DNA from: Clostridium sp. CAG:508
Lineage (GTDB): Bacteria; Bacillota; Clostridia; Lachnospirales; Lachnospiraceae
NCBI GenBank assembly: GCA_963650385.1
Contig: CAVJLL010000005.1
Location: 5,959-69,958 of the forward strand
Direction: 5' to 3'
Length of the DNA: 64,000 nt
Positions within the stretch are counted from its first letter, which is position 1. The number at the start of each line of letters is the position of its first letter. A program made the translations under genes and the position numbers. Below, piece after piece: positions 17,179 through 25,972 of this stretch. The notes under the pieces are model-generated. The model was not told the DNA's origin. It saw nothing but the letters and a program-made list of their open reading frames with translations, and searched no databases.

Positions 17179-18477
17179 CTACTGCAGCAGGTCCCGATGA
17201 TGGAAGCTCTTCCTTCCTGCCGCATAGTCTGCCACAACCTGCCCGTGTCCGAGCAGACGGTACTTGTACGTTACAAGCCCCTCCAGTCCCACCGGGCCTC
17301 TGGCATGAAGCTTTCCCGTGCTGATGCCGACCTCCGCTCCGAAGCCGTAGCGATAGCCGTCCGCAAACCTTGTGGAGCAGTTCCGGTATACGCCGGCACT
17401 GTCCACCCGCTGCATAAAGTACTCCGCCGCAGCATCATCCGTTGTCAGAATCGCATCGGTATGATGAGAGCCGAAGCGGTTGATGTGCTCCGCCGCCTCC
17501 TGTACATCATCCACCAGCTTGACGGAAATGACAAGATCATTGTACTCCACAGCAAAGGCATCCTCTGCCATAACGTGCTCCGCTGCAATCTGGGGCAGGA
17601 TGTCTGCCGCCTCCTTCGTCCCCCGAAGCTCTACGCCGGCTTCGCAAAGAGCCGCTCCGACTCTCAGCAGAAACTGCGCAGCGATCCTCCGGTTTACGAG
17701 GAGCGTCTCCACGGCATTGCAGGCCGCCGGGTACTGGGTTTTGGCATCGACGATAATCGGTACGGCCGCATCCTGATCTGCCTTCTCATCCACATAGATG
17801 TGGCAGATTCCGCTCGAATGTCCCATGACCGGTATCTTTGTGTGCTCCATGATATAGCGGACGAATCGGTTGGAGCCGCGCGGGATCAGAAGATCCACGT
17901 CCTGATCGCAGGCCAAGAGCTCATCGATTTCCTGGTGCTGCTCCGCCTGAAACAGACAGTCCTCCGGCAAGCCTGCCGCCGTCACCGCAGCCTTAATGAC
18001 GTCAAAGAGGACACGGTTGGTTTCTCTCGTCTCCTTGCCGCCCTTTAAAATGGCGCAGTTCCCGCTCTTGATGCAAAGGGATGCCACCTGCACCATCGCG
18101 TCCGGCCTTGCTTCAAAAATAACGCCGATCACGCCGATGGGCACGCTGATGCGCGTCAGCGTAAGCCCTTCATCCAGCTCTCTCTCCAGAAGCGTTCGCC
18201 CGACCGGGTCCGGCAGCGTTTCCAGCTGACGAAGTCCCGCAATGCTGTCCCGGAGCTTATTCTCGTCGTAGCGAAGGCGCTTCTGGATGGCCGGCTGGAT
18301 GTTCTCACTCTCCGCGCGGGCAAGGTCCTGCGCATTTGCAGCGAAAATAAGATCCTTATGCGCTTCCAGTGCATCCGCAATGGAGCGCACTGCCGCGTTT
18401 CGCTTTGCGGCAGAGGAGGCCGCCATCTCCGGTGCGGCCTGCCGCATCCGTGCCGCTGTCTGCTGTATGCTGCTCAT
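17179..18477 (-). CDS. proA: Glutamate-5-semialdehyde dehydrogenase (gamma-glutamyl phosphate reductase)
   Basis: 432 aa with an aldehyde-dehydrogenase fold and the ProA-typical ACNAVETLLV and STRFADGYRYGFGAEVGIST segments. Confidence 0.92.
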   Translation of the reverse strand: MSSIQQTAARMRQAAPEMAASSAAKRNAAVRSIADALEAHKDLIFAANAQDLARAESENIQPAIQKRLRYDENKLRDSIAGLRQLETLPDPVGRTLLERELDEGLTLTRISVPIGVIGVIFEARPDAMVQVASLCIKSGNCAILKGGKETRETNRVLFDVIKAAVTAAGLPEDCLFQAEQHQEIDELLACDQDVDLLIPRGSNRFVRYIMEHTKIPVMGHSSGICHIYVDEKADQDAAVPIIVDAKTQYPAACNAVETLLVNRRIAAQFLLRVGAALCEAGVELRGTKEAADILPQIAAEHVMAEDAFAVEYNDLVISVKLVDDVQEAAEHINRFGSHHTDAILTTDDAAAEYFMQRVDSAGVYRNCSTRFADGYRYGFGAEVGISTGKLHARGPVGLEGLVTYKYRLLGHGQVVADYAAGRKSFHHRDLLQ

Positions 18478-18499
18478 ATTGCTGTTTCCTTCCGTATGT

Positions 18500-18769
18500 T
18501 CAGCCGAAATGAAAAAAACCTTTTTTCTTCTCCGCCTCTGCTGTCTGCACAGACAGAATCTTATATCCCAGCGGATCTACTGCTGCGTGCAGCTCATGCT
18601 CGAGCATGGGCTTTGGAAGTGCATTCTCCAGCTGAAACCGGGCCTCGCCCTTTCCCGCGGAGGCTGAAACCTTTTTGGCCTCCGGGAACTGCTTACGAAT
18701 GGCATCTCCCACATGCGCCTCGCACATGCCGCACATCATTCCGTCAATTCCGACTGTTACCTGCACCAT
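18500..18769 (-). CDS. Heavy-metal-associated (HMA) domain protein, CopZ-like
   Basis: GMMCGMC metal-binding motif near the N-terminus. ATG at 18769 preceded by AGGAGG. Confidence 0.8.
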   Translation of the reverse strand: MVQVTVGIDGMMCGMCEAHVGDAIRKQFPEAKKVSASAGKGEARFQLENALPKPMLEHELHAAVDPLGYKILSVQTAEAEKKKGFFHFG

Positions 18770-18822
18770 ATCTGATACCTCCTGATGCGTATCCGTTATC
18801 ATACCACTGCCTGCACCTTATG

Positions 18823-18880
18823 CGCCAGCTAAGCGACGGGTCATAGCGGAGTTGTCCGTCACCCTGTCGCCTGGCCGGCG
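18823..18880. repeat. Family R1 (copy b)
   Basis: GCCAGCTAAGCGACGGGTCATAGCGGAGTTGTCCGTCACCCTGTCGCCTGGCCGGCG, located between the HMA gene and the feo-associated sORF. Confidence 0.75.
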
Positions 18881-18899
18881 AAGCGGCTGCAGCATGTCC

Positions 18900-19076
18900 T
18901 CACTTCTTCGCCTTAAACCGCTCCGGCACATCCTTGGTGCTGCAGCTACCGTGCGACGCGCAGCCGCTGCACATGCCTCCGCAGCTGCCGATGCCCTTGC
19001 GCCGGTCCGAAACAATCTTCCAGATGCACAGTGCGCATAATATAAGAATAATTCCAAGTACGATGAAATCTATCAT
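18900..19076 (-). CDS. FeoB-associated Cys-rich small membrane protein (58 aa; below the ORF-track cutoff)
   Basis: Hand translation: MIDFIVLGIILILCALCIWKIVSDRRKGIGSCGGMCSGCASHGSCSTKDVPERFKAKK. It is one TM helix plus a CGGMCSGC cluster, lies downstream of feoB, and has an AGAGGA RBS. Confidence 0.75.
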   Translation of the reverse strand: MIDFIVLGIILILCALCIWKIVSDRRKGIGSCGGMCSGCASHGSCSTKDVPERFKAKK

Positions 19077-19145
19077 AGATCTTCCTCTTTTCTATCCGAT
19101 TTCCGATCCAGTGTCTCCGGGATCAAACGAATTCCTGACCGAACA

Positions 19146-19319
19146 TCATCTGGTGCGGCCTGTGTCGCTTTCTACCGCTTCCTCCTGCCGGTCCTGTGTG
19201 TCGCGGTGCTCCGGCTTTTTGAAAAAGCCGATGACGATGCGGATTCCGATAATGAACAGAATTGCCAGGATGATCAGAATTATAATATCCGTCTGATTGA
19301 TCGGCACGTTTATTTTCAT
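19146..19319 (-). CDS. Hypothetical small membrane protein (57 aa)
   Basis: MKINVPINQTDIIILIILAILFIIGIRIVIGFFKKPEHRD...: one TM helix plus a charged tail. It lies between feoB and the Cys-rich sORF on the same strand. There is no family evidence. Confidence 0.4.
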   Translation of the reverse strand: MKINVPINQTDIIILIILAILFIIGIRIVIGFFKKPEHRDTQDRQEEAVESDTGRTR

Positions 19320-19400
19320 TGTTGGCCTTCTTTCCAAAAAAGGACCCACAGACATCTCGTCTGCAGGTCCTTCTTTTATATTTGGTATATGCTCGGTCAG

Positions 19401-21539
19401 TTATGCCTTTGCAGCCTTGTTCGGATCCTTGCGGAACAGAAGGTACAGAACTGCTGCCAACAGAACAATTGCAACAACCGTTGCTGCGCCGAATGCAACC
19501 TGTCCGATTGCTACGCCGACCAGCTGATAGATGATCAGTGTTACGCAGTAAGCGGCAATGTTCTGGAACAGAATGGAGAACCAGAAGAACTTGCGCTCGC
19601 CGATTTCCTTTGCCATGGTGGAGATAGCAGCCAGGCACGGTGAATCAAAGCAGTTGAAGCACAGGAAGGAAATTGCTGCGATGCTCGTCGGGAAGAATGC
19701 CTGGAATGCATCGTGCATGGATACCTCGTACTCCTCGATCTCCTCGCCCAGGGACGACAGCAGAGACATCGTGGAAACGATACCTTCCTTTGCAACGAAG
19801 CCGGACAGAGAGGAAGCCACTGCCTGCCATGTACCAAAGCCAAGGGGTGCAAAGATCGGAGCAAGAACACCGCCGATCGAAGCCAGCAGAGAGTCTGCAG
19901 ACTCAACCAGTCCGAACGTTCCGTCCACGAATCCGAAGCTGCCGAGGAACCACATTACTGCACAGCACAGGAACAGGATCGTACCTGCCTTCTTGATGAA
20001 TGCCCATACACGCTCCCATACGTGAAGGAGAATGCCCTTCAGGGAAGGAAGGTGATAAGCCGGGAGCTCCATAACGAACGGCACCGGATCTCCGGCGAAG
20101 AACTTCGTCTTCTTGAGGATGATGCAGTAGATAATAACCAGTGCGATGCCTGCAAAATACATGCACGGAGCCATCCACCATGCGCCGCCCATCAGATAGC
20201 CGGCGATCAGTGCAATAACCGGGAGCTTAGCTCCGCAAGGGATCATCGTTGTCGTGATCATGGTCATCCGGCGGTCCTTCTCGGACTCAATGGTACGGGT
20301 GGACATGATGCCGGGAACGCCGCAGCCGGAGGAGATCAGGAACGGGATGAAGCTCTTTCCGGAAAGGCCGAACTTGCGGAAAATACGGTCCATGATGAAG
20401 GCAACTCGTGCCATGTAGCCAACGTCCTCCAGGAAACTCAGGAACAGGAAGACAATGGCCATCTGCGGAACAAAGCCGATCGGTGCTGCGATGCCGCCGA
20501 TGATGCCGTCAACCACCAGCGAAATCAGCCAGTCGGATGCGCCGGCATTGGTCAGAAGCGTCTCTACACCGGGCTGAATCCACTCGCCGAACAGCGTATC
20601 GTTCGTCCAGTCGGTAACCACGCCGCCGAGGGTGCTGACAGACACATAGTAAACCAGGAACATAACCGCAGCAAAAATAGGAAGCGCCAGCCAGCGGTTG
20701 GTAACAATGCGGTCTACCTTATCGGAGGTGGTCAGCGCGCCGGGCTGCTTGCCCTTTTTCACCGTCTTCTTAATCAGATCGGTGATGTAGGTGTATCTCT
20801 GGTTGGTGATGATGGACTCGGCATCATCGTCCATTTCCTTCTCGCAGTCCTTGATGTGCTCTTCCATGTGGCTCATCAGCGAGGAATCAATGGTGAGCTT
20901 CTCCAGGGCCTTTGTGTCGCGCTCAAAGATCTTGATCGAGAACCAGCGAAGCTCCTGCGGATCTACGATATTCTGGATGGACTCCTCAATGTGTGCGATT
21001 GCGTGCTCTACACTGCCGGTGAAGACATGAGGAAGCTCCTCCTTCTTGCCGGCCTTTGCAGCCTCGATGCAAAGGTTTGCCGCATCCATGGTGTGCTCGT
21101 TCTTGAGAGCGGAGATCTCGATGACCTTGCAGCCAAGCGCCTCGCCCAGCTTCTTGATGTCGATGTTGTCGCCGTTCTTGCGGACCAGATCCATCATGTT
21201 GATGGCGATGACCACCGGGATGCCGATCTCTACCAGCTGTGTGGTCAGATACAGGTTACGCTCAATGTTCGTGCCGTCTACGATGTTCAGGATGGCATCC
21301 GGCTTCTCGTTGACCAGATAGTTACGGGTAACCACCTCTTCCAGTGTGTACGGGCTCAGAGAGTAAATACCCGGAAGGTCCTGAATGATGACATCCTTGT
21401 GATCCTTCAGGCGGCCTTCCTTTTTCTCTACGGTAACGCCCGGCCAGTTGCCGACGTACTGATTGCTGCCGGTCAGGTTATTGAACAGAGTGGTTTTACC
21501 GCAGTTCGGATTACCTGCCAATGCGATTTTGATTTCCAT
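19401..21539 (-). CDS. feoB: Ferrous iron transporter FeoB
   Basis: 712 aa with an N-terminal G domain (GNPNCGKTTLFN, DLPGIYS) and a polytopic gate domain. Confidence 0.95.
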   Translation of the reverse strand: MEIKIALAGNPNCGKTTLFNNLTGSNQYVGNWPGVTVEKKEGRLKDHKDVIIQDLPGIYSLSPYTLEEVVTRNYLVNEKPDAILNIVDGTNIERNLYLTTQLVEIGIPVVIAINMMDLVRKNGDNIDIKKLGEALGCKVIEISALKNEHTMDAANLCIEAAKAGKKEELPHVFTGSVEHAIAHIEESIQNIVDPQELRWFSIKIFERDTKALEKLTIDSSLMSHMEEHIKDCEKEMDDDAESIITNQRYTYITDLIKKTVKKGKQPGALTTSDKVDRIVTNRWLALPIFAAVMFLVYYVSVSTLGGVVTDWTNDTLFGEWIQPGVETLLTNAGASDWLISLVVDGIIGGIAAPIGFVPQMAIVFLFLSFLEDVGYMARVAFIMDRIFRKFGLSGKSFIPFLISSGCGVPGIMSTRTIESEKDRRMTMITTTMIPCGAKLPVIALIAGYLMGGAWWMAPCMYFAGIALVIIYCIILKKTKFFAGDPVPFVMELPAYHLPSLKGILLHVWERVWAFIKKAGTILFLCCAVMWFLGSFGFVDGTFGLVESADSLLASIGGVLAPIFAPLGFGTWQAVASSLSGFVAKEGIVSTMSLLSSLGEEIEEYEVSMHDAFQAFFPTSIAAISFLCFNCFDSPCLAAISTMAKEIGERKFFWFSILFQNIAAYCVTLIIYQLVGVAIGQVAFGAATVVAIVLLAAVLYLLFRKDPNKAAKA

Positions 21540-21595
21540 TTGCTGCTCCTTCTTTTTCTATAGCTATCTTTTAAAGCACTGCTTTTATGGCACCT

Positions 21596-21661
21596 GTTCA
21601 GCACCTGCCGCATTTCAACGTGAACATTCTGCCCGCAGGCAAATTCGAGATGGGTGCTGAA
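21596..21661. repeat. Family R2 (copy c)
   Basis: TTCAGCACCTGCCGCATTTCAACGTGAACATTCTGCCCGCAGGCAAATTCGAGATGGGTGCTGAA, located between feoB and feoA. Confidence 0.7.
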
Positions 21662-21679
21662 TCGTTACCTATATGATGC

Positions 21680-21907
21680 TCAGGCCATCTCCAGGATGTC
21701 TGCATCCTCCTTGCGGAGTGAGAGCTCATAGCCGCGAACGGTAACCTCAACCGGATCTCCCAGCGGAGCCACCTTGCGGACATAAATCTCTGTCCCCTTG
21801 GTAATTCCCATGTCCATGATGCGTCTCTTCAGTGCACCCTCGCCATGAATTCTGACGACGGTTGCTGTCTGTCCGACCGCAACGTCTCGAAGTGTCTTCA
21901 TTCTCAA
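21680..21907 (-). CDS. feoA: FeoA-family protein
   Basis: 75 aa, SH3-like FeoA pattern (...RRIMDMGITKGTEIYVRKVAPLGDPVEV). GAGGAGG RBS. Confidence 0.88.
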   Translation of the reverse strand: MRMKTLRDVAVGQTATVVRIHGEGALKRRIMDMGITKGTEIYVRKVAPLGDPVEVTVRGYELSLRKEDADILEMA

Positions 21908-21921
21908 TCCTCCTCATGTTC

Positions 21922-22140
21922 TTAGTTAATCATGATCTTGGTCGCCATCTCCGCAGTAATCGCCAGTCTGGATTCCTTCAGATTTACGATGATGTTGCCG
22001 TCTCCGCCTGCGGCGATAATCTCCACCTGTGTGCCGACAACAAATCCCAGATCCTCCAGATGCTTCTTTGCCTCAACGCTGCCGCCGATTCTGGCAACCA
22101 AAACCTTGTCTCCTGTCTTTGCAAATGCCAATGGCATCAT
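21922..22140 (-). CDS. feoA: FeoA-family protein (second copy)
   Basis: 72 aa (KHLEDLGFVVGTQVEII...). First cistron of the feo operon. Confidence 0.85.
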   Translation of the reverse strand: MMPLAFAKTGDKVLVARIGGSVEAKKHLEDLGFVVGTQVEIIAAGGDGNIIVNLKESRLAITAEMATKIMIN

Positions 22141-22390
22141 GGCTGTGGCCTCCCTCCTGATCCAAAGCTGCAGGAAGTTATCCTGTATTTACAAGGAAAA
22201 GCCTCATGCATCAAATGTTATAATCGAGTAATCGCAATTAGTTTATCTTAACTAACGCGTCCCACAGTTTACGCTTGCTGTATCGGTTTGTCAACTACCT
22301 TGTATAGTTTGTTGTAATAGCCCTCGCACGGAGTCGTTTTTGCCGAGTGGCCCAACGGGCCATCTTGTAGCCGACGAAGTCAGCGTAACG

Positions 22391-22433
22391 TCCCCGGGAC
22401 GGACAACTCCGCCAGGACCCGTCGCTGGCCGGC
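22391..22433. repeat. Family R1 (copy c, partial, opposite orientation)
   Basis: ...GACGGACAACTCCGCCAGGACCCGTCGCTGGCCGGC. Coordinates are good to about +/-2 nt, as I had no ORF available to cross-check the indexing here. Confidence 0.6.
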
Positions 22434-22504
22434 TTCTTTGCAGCAGCAAAGTTCCGTTTCCTATCATTTCAATATGATATCAGCAATTATAGCCCGTACC
22501 TTCA

Positions 22505-22532
22505 TTGACACGGACCCGTTCTGTGTTAAACT
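22505..22532 (+). promoter_or_regulatory. Candidate sigma-A promoter for the ECF S/A/T operon
   Basis: TTGACA (22505-22510), 16 nt, then TGtTAAACT (the -10 at 22527-22532), about 35 nt upstream of the ATG. Confidence 0.4.
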
Positions 22533-22567
22533 AATCTGGACTTTTGACCTTATGAGGAGGCGTTATT

Positions 22568-23119
22568 ATGAATAAGAAGTTTGGCATTAAAGAGGTTGTT
22601 GCAATCGGTATCGGCACGGCACTGTTCGTCGTTCTGACCGAGGTTCAGATCCCGATCGGCATTCCGAACACATCCCTTCAGCCCAGAATGGCTGTCCTTG
22701 CATTCCTTTCTGCTGTATTCGGACCGCTGGTAGGCGCGATCATCGGACTGCTCGGCCACGCGCTCGGCGATGCTCTTTTCTATGGCTCGGTATGGTGGAG
22801 CTGGGTATTCCCGGAGGCAGTTGTAGGAATCGCCATCGGTGCATTTGCAAAGAAGTTCGCGGTTCGCGAGGGCGGCTTTGATAAGAAGGGCATCATTCTC
22901 TTCAACATCGTTCAGATCGTCGCCAATGCTGCTGCATGGATCCTGGTTGCTCCGGTTCTGGACATCGTTGTCTATGCAGAGCCTGCCAACAAGGTTTTCC
23001 TGCAGGGCGCATTTGCTTTCCTCGGCGACATCATCATTGTCGGCGTTCTCGGCTCTCTTCTTCTGGCCGGTTATTCCAAGGTTGCCGGCAAGTCCTCCAG
23101 CCTTTCCAAGGAAGACTGA
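22568..23119 (+). CDS. ECF-transporter S component (UPF0397/YkoE-like)
   Basis: 183 aa, polytopic. It is immediately followed by the fused ECF ATPase and the T component. GAGGAGG RBS. Confidence 0.8.
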   Translation: MNKKFGIKEVVAIGIGTALFVVLTEVQIPIGIPNTSLQPRMAVLAFLSAVFGPLVGAIIGLLGHALGDALFYGSVWWSWVFPEAVVGIAIGAFAKKFAVREGGFDKKGIILFNIVQIVANAAAWILVAPVLDIVVYAEPANKVFLQGAFAFLGDIIIVGVLGSLLLAGYSKVAGKSSSLSKED

Positions 23120-23192
23120 TTCAACCATATTTCTGTCATTATCATCGGAGCAGTCGGCTGCAGGCCGGCTGCTCTTTTCCAACGGAGAAGCC

Positions 23193-24953
23193 ATGGCTGC
23201 TATAACAGATACCGCATCATCCCAGGAAGCTCGTAAACCAATCATTGAATTCCGCAATTTTTCCTTTCGCTACCGGACGCAGACCAAAAATTCCCTGAAT
23301 GACATCAATCTGAAGATTTATCCCGGAGAGAAAATACTGATCGCAGGCCCGTCCGGGTCCGGCAAGTCCACGCTGGCGCACTGCATCAACGCGCTGATCC
23401 CCTGCTCCTTCTCCGGAGAAACCAACGGGACGCTGGAGGTGGCAGGACTGGTTCCGGCCGAGGCCGGTATTTTCGGAATGTCCAAGAAGGTGGGCACCGT
23501 TCTGCAGGACACCGACGGTCAGTTTATCGGTCTTACGGTCGCGGAGGACCTTGCCTTTGCACTGGAAAATGACGCCGTCCCGCAGGATGAAATCCATCAG
23601 AAGGTCGACGCCGTCGCGGACGAGCTGCGCCTGAAGGCGCTTCTGCATCACGCGCCCGGTGAGCTGTCCGGCGGCCAGAAGCAGCGCGTCTCCATGGGCG
23701 GCGTCATGGTGGATGACGTGCAGATTCTTCTGTTTGATGAGCCGCTGGCCAACCTCGACCCGGCCACAGGTCAGAAAACCATTGCGCTGATCGACAATAT
23801 CCTGCGGCAGCGCGATCTCACCGTGCTGATCATCGAGCACCGGCTCGAGGACGTCCTTTACCGCGACGTTGACCGGATTATTCTGGTCAACGACGGGCGG
23901 ATCATCGCCGATCAGACGCCGGACGAGCTCCTGTGCACGGACCTTTTGGTCCGGCAGGGCATCCGCGAGCCGCTCTACATTGCCGCTCTGAAGTACGCCG
24001 GCTGCACGCTGCAGCCGGGCGATCACCCCATGCACGTGGACACCATGGAGCTGGAGCGTTTCCGAGAGCCGGTGCAGCACTGGTTTCATGCCGAGCCCAT
24101 TCCGCAGAAAAAGAACAGCAATCTGGCCGCGCTGGAGGTCCGTGATCTGTGCTTCTCCTACTCTAAGGGTGAGTCCGTTCTGCGGAACGTATCCCTGCAA
24201 ATCCGGAAGGGAGAAATGGTCTCGATTGTCGGGAGGAACGGCGCCGGCAAATCCACACTCTCCTCGCTGATCTGCGGCTTCCATACCCCGGATTCCGGTC
24301 AGATCCTGCTGAACGGGAGCGACATATCCCCGCTTTCCATCAAGGAGCGCGGCGAGCAGATCGGCTTTGTCATGCAGAGCCCCAATCAGATGATCAGCAA
24401 GCCCATGATCCGCGAAGAGGTTGGACTGGGCCTTGCCGTACGGGGCGTGGATCCTGCAGAAATCAACCGGCGCGTCGACGAAACGCTGAAGGTCTGCGGC
24501 CTGTATCCGTTCCGGAACTGGCCGGTAAATGCACAGAGCTTTGGCCAGAAAAAGCGCGTAACCATCGCCTCCATTCTCATCATGAATCCGCAGATACTGA
24601 TCCTGGATGAGCCGACGGCAGGGCAGGATTACGCGCATTACACGGAGATCATGGAATTTCTGCGCCGCATCAACCGGGAGCTGGGCATCACCATTCTCAT
24701 GATCACCCACGACATGCACCTGATGCTGGAGTACACGGACCGGGCTCTGGTTCTCGCAGACGGACGGCTGATCGCTGACAGCACGCCTGCCAGAATTCTC
24801 ACCGACCAGAGCATCTGCAGCCAAGCAGATCTGAAGGCTACCTCGCTGTATTATCTGGCTGCGCGCTGCGGCATCGAGGACCCTTCCGCATTCTGTGAAC
24901 GCTTTATCAGCTATGAGCGCTCCCGCAAGGACGCTCAGAAGGAGGCCGATTAA
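23193..24953 (+). CDS. ECF-transporter ATPase, duplicated (EcfA-EcfA' fusion)
   Basis: Two ABC cassettes: GPSGSGKST...LSGGQKQRV...LLFDEP and GRNGAGKST...SFGQKKRV...LILDEPT. ATG at 23193 with a GGAGAA RBS; the track ORF begins earlier, at 22839. Confidence 0.9.
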   Translation: MAAITDTASSQEARKPIIEFRNFSFRYRTQTKNSLNDINLKIYPGEKILIAGPSGSGKSTLAHCINALIPCSFSGETNGTLEVAGLVPAEAGIFGMSKKVGTVLQDTDGQFIGLTVAEDLAFALENDAVPQDEIHQKVDAVADELRLKALLHHAPGELSGGQKQRVSMGGVMVDDVQILLFDEPLANLDPATGQKTIALIDNILRQRDLTVLIIEHRLEDVLYRDVDRIILVNDGRIIADQTPDELLCTDLLVRQGIREPLYIAALKYAGCTLQPGDHPMHVDTMELERFREPVQHWFHAEPIPQKKNSNLAALEVRDLCFSYSKGESVLRNVSLQIRKGEMVSIVGRNGAGKSTLSSLICGFHTPDSGQILLNGSDISPLSIKERGEQIGFVMQSPNQMISKPMIREEVGLGLAVRGVDPAEINRRVDETLKVCGLYPFRNWPVNAQSFGQKKRVTIASILIMNPQILILDEPTAGQDYAHYTEIMEFLRRINRELGITILMITHDMHLMLEYTDRALVLADGRLIADSTPARILTDQSICSQADLKATSLYYLAARCGIEDPSAFCERFISYERSRKDAQKEAD

Positions 24954-25786
24954 TGTCCCGCATTCTCTCCTATGAAAAAAACGACACCAGGATCCATCGT
25001 CTCTCCGGCGTGACAAAGCTGCTCTTTTTCCTGCTGTGGTGCACCGTAAGCGCCATCACCTACGACACCCGGATCCTCCTGTTCATGGTCTTCGTGAGCC
25101 TTGTCGTCATCAAGGCGGCGCGAGTCCGCTGGCAGCAGGTGGCCTCAGTTTTTAATTTCATCATGGTCTTCATGGTGCTGAATCTGGCCGCGATTTTCCT
25201 GTTCGCACCGTACCAGGGCTGTGAAATTTACAGCTCCCGCACCGTGATCGCCCACCTGTTCGCGAGCTATGACCTGACACAGGAGGAGCTGTTCTATCTC
25301 TTCAACGTGATGGTCAAATACTTCACCATTACGCCGGCGATCTTCACCTTCATGATCACCACAGATCCCAGTGAATTCGCCGCCTCGCTGAACGGAATCG
25401 GCATCAGCTACAACATTGCCTATTCCGTCGCCATCGCGCTCCGCTACATTCCGGACGTGCAGGACGAATTCCACCGGATTCAGAACGCACAGCAGGCCAG
25501 GGGCATCGATATGAGCAGCAAGGCCGGGCTCCTCGAGCGCATAAAGCGGACCTCCAGTATCATCTTTCCGCTCCTGTTCTCCACCATGAACCGCATCGAC
25601 GTGGTGTCCAATGCCATGGAGCTGCGCGGCTTCGGCAAGAAGAAAAAGCGCACCTGGTATATGGCCAAGAAGCTGACTGTTTCGGATTACATAGTCCTGA
25701 CCGTCGTTCTGGTATTCTCGGTCTGGGCGATCTGGTTCACCTTCCGCGATGGGTCCCGGTTCTACAATCCGTTCCCGAGCAGATAA
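24953..25786 (+). CDS. ecfT: ECF-transporter transmembrane (T) component
   Basis: 277 aa, polytopic, with the ALRYIP...ARG coupling-helix region. TAATG overlap with the ATPase gene. Confidence 0.88.
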   Translation: MSRILSYEKNDTRIHRLSGVTKLLFFLLWCTVSAITYDTRILLFMVFVSLVVIKAARVRWQQVASVFNFIMVFMVLNLAAIFLFAPYQGCEIYSSRTVIAHLFASYDLTQEELFYLFNVMVKYFTITPAIFTFMITTDPSEFAASLNGIGISYNIAYSVAIALRYIPDVQDEFHRIQNAQQARGIDMSSKAGLLERIKRTSSIIFPLLFSTMNRIDVVSNAMELRGFGKKKKRTWYMAKKLTVSDYIVLTVVLVFSVWAIWFTFRDGSRFYNPFPSR

Positions 25787-25825
25787 GCCGCCCGGCGGCG
25801 TTGTTCATCCCCTGTCGCTCGGCCC

Positions 25826-25877
25826 GCCACATCGAGGATTTGCGGAGCAAATTCGAGATGCGTGCTGAAACAGATAC
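25826..25877. repeat. Family R2 (copy d), preceded by an R1-like fragment (CCCCTGTCGCTCGGCC, about 25809-25825)
   Basis: CCACATCGAGGATTTGCGGAGCAAATTCGAGATGCGTGCTGAAACAGATAC, downstream of ecfT. Confidence 0.65.
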
Positions 25878-25883
25878 GTATTT

Positions 25884-25920
25884 AAAAAGCCCCTGTGCGT
25901 TTACAACACAGGGGCTTTCT
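25884..25920. terminator. Bidirectional intrinsic terminator between convergent ecfT and the EAL gene
   Basis: AAAAA-GCCCCTGTG-(9-nt loop)-CACAGGGGC-TTTCT, a 9-bp GC-rich stem. Confidence 0.75.
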
Positions 25921-25972
25921 CTATGATCTTTACAGAAATGAAATTCAGGTGTTCCAGTCCTCTATCTTCATA

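Noticed and set aside
22205-22245. A Fur-box-like AT-rich sequence (TTATAATCGAGTAATCGCAATTA) upstream of feoA
   Set aside because: Only about 11 of 20 positions are self-complementary, and the match to the GATAATGATAATCATTATC consensus is poor. It is plausible by context but the sequence does not support it.
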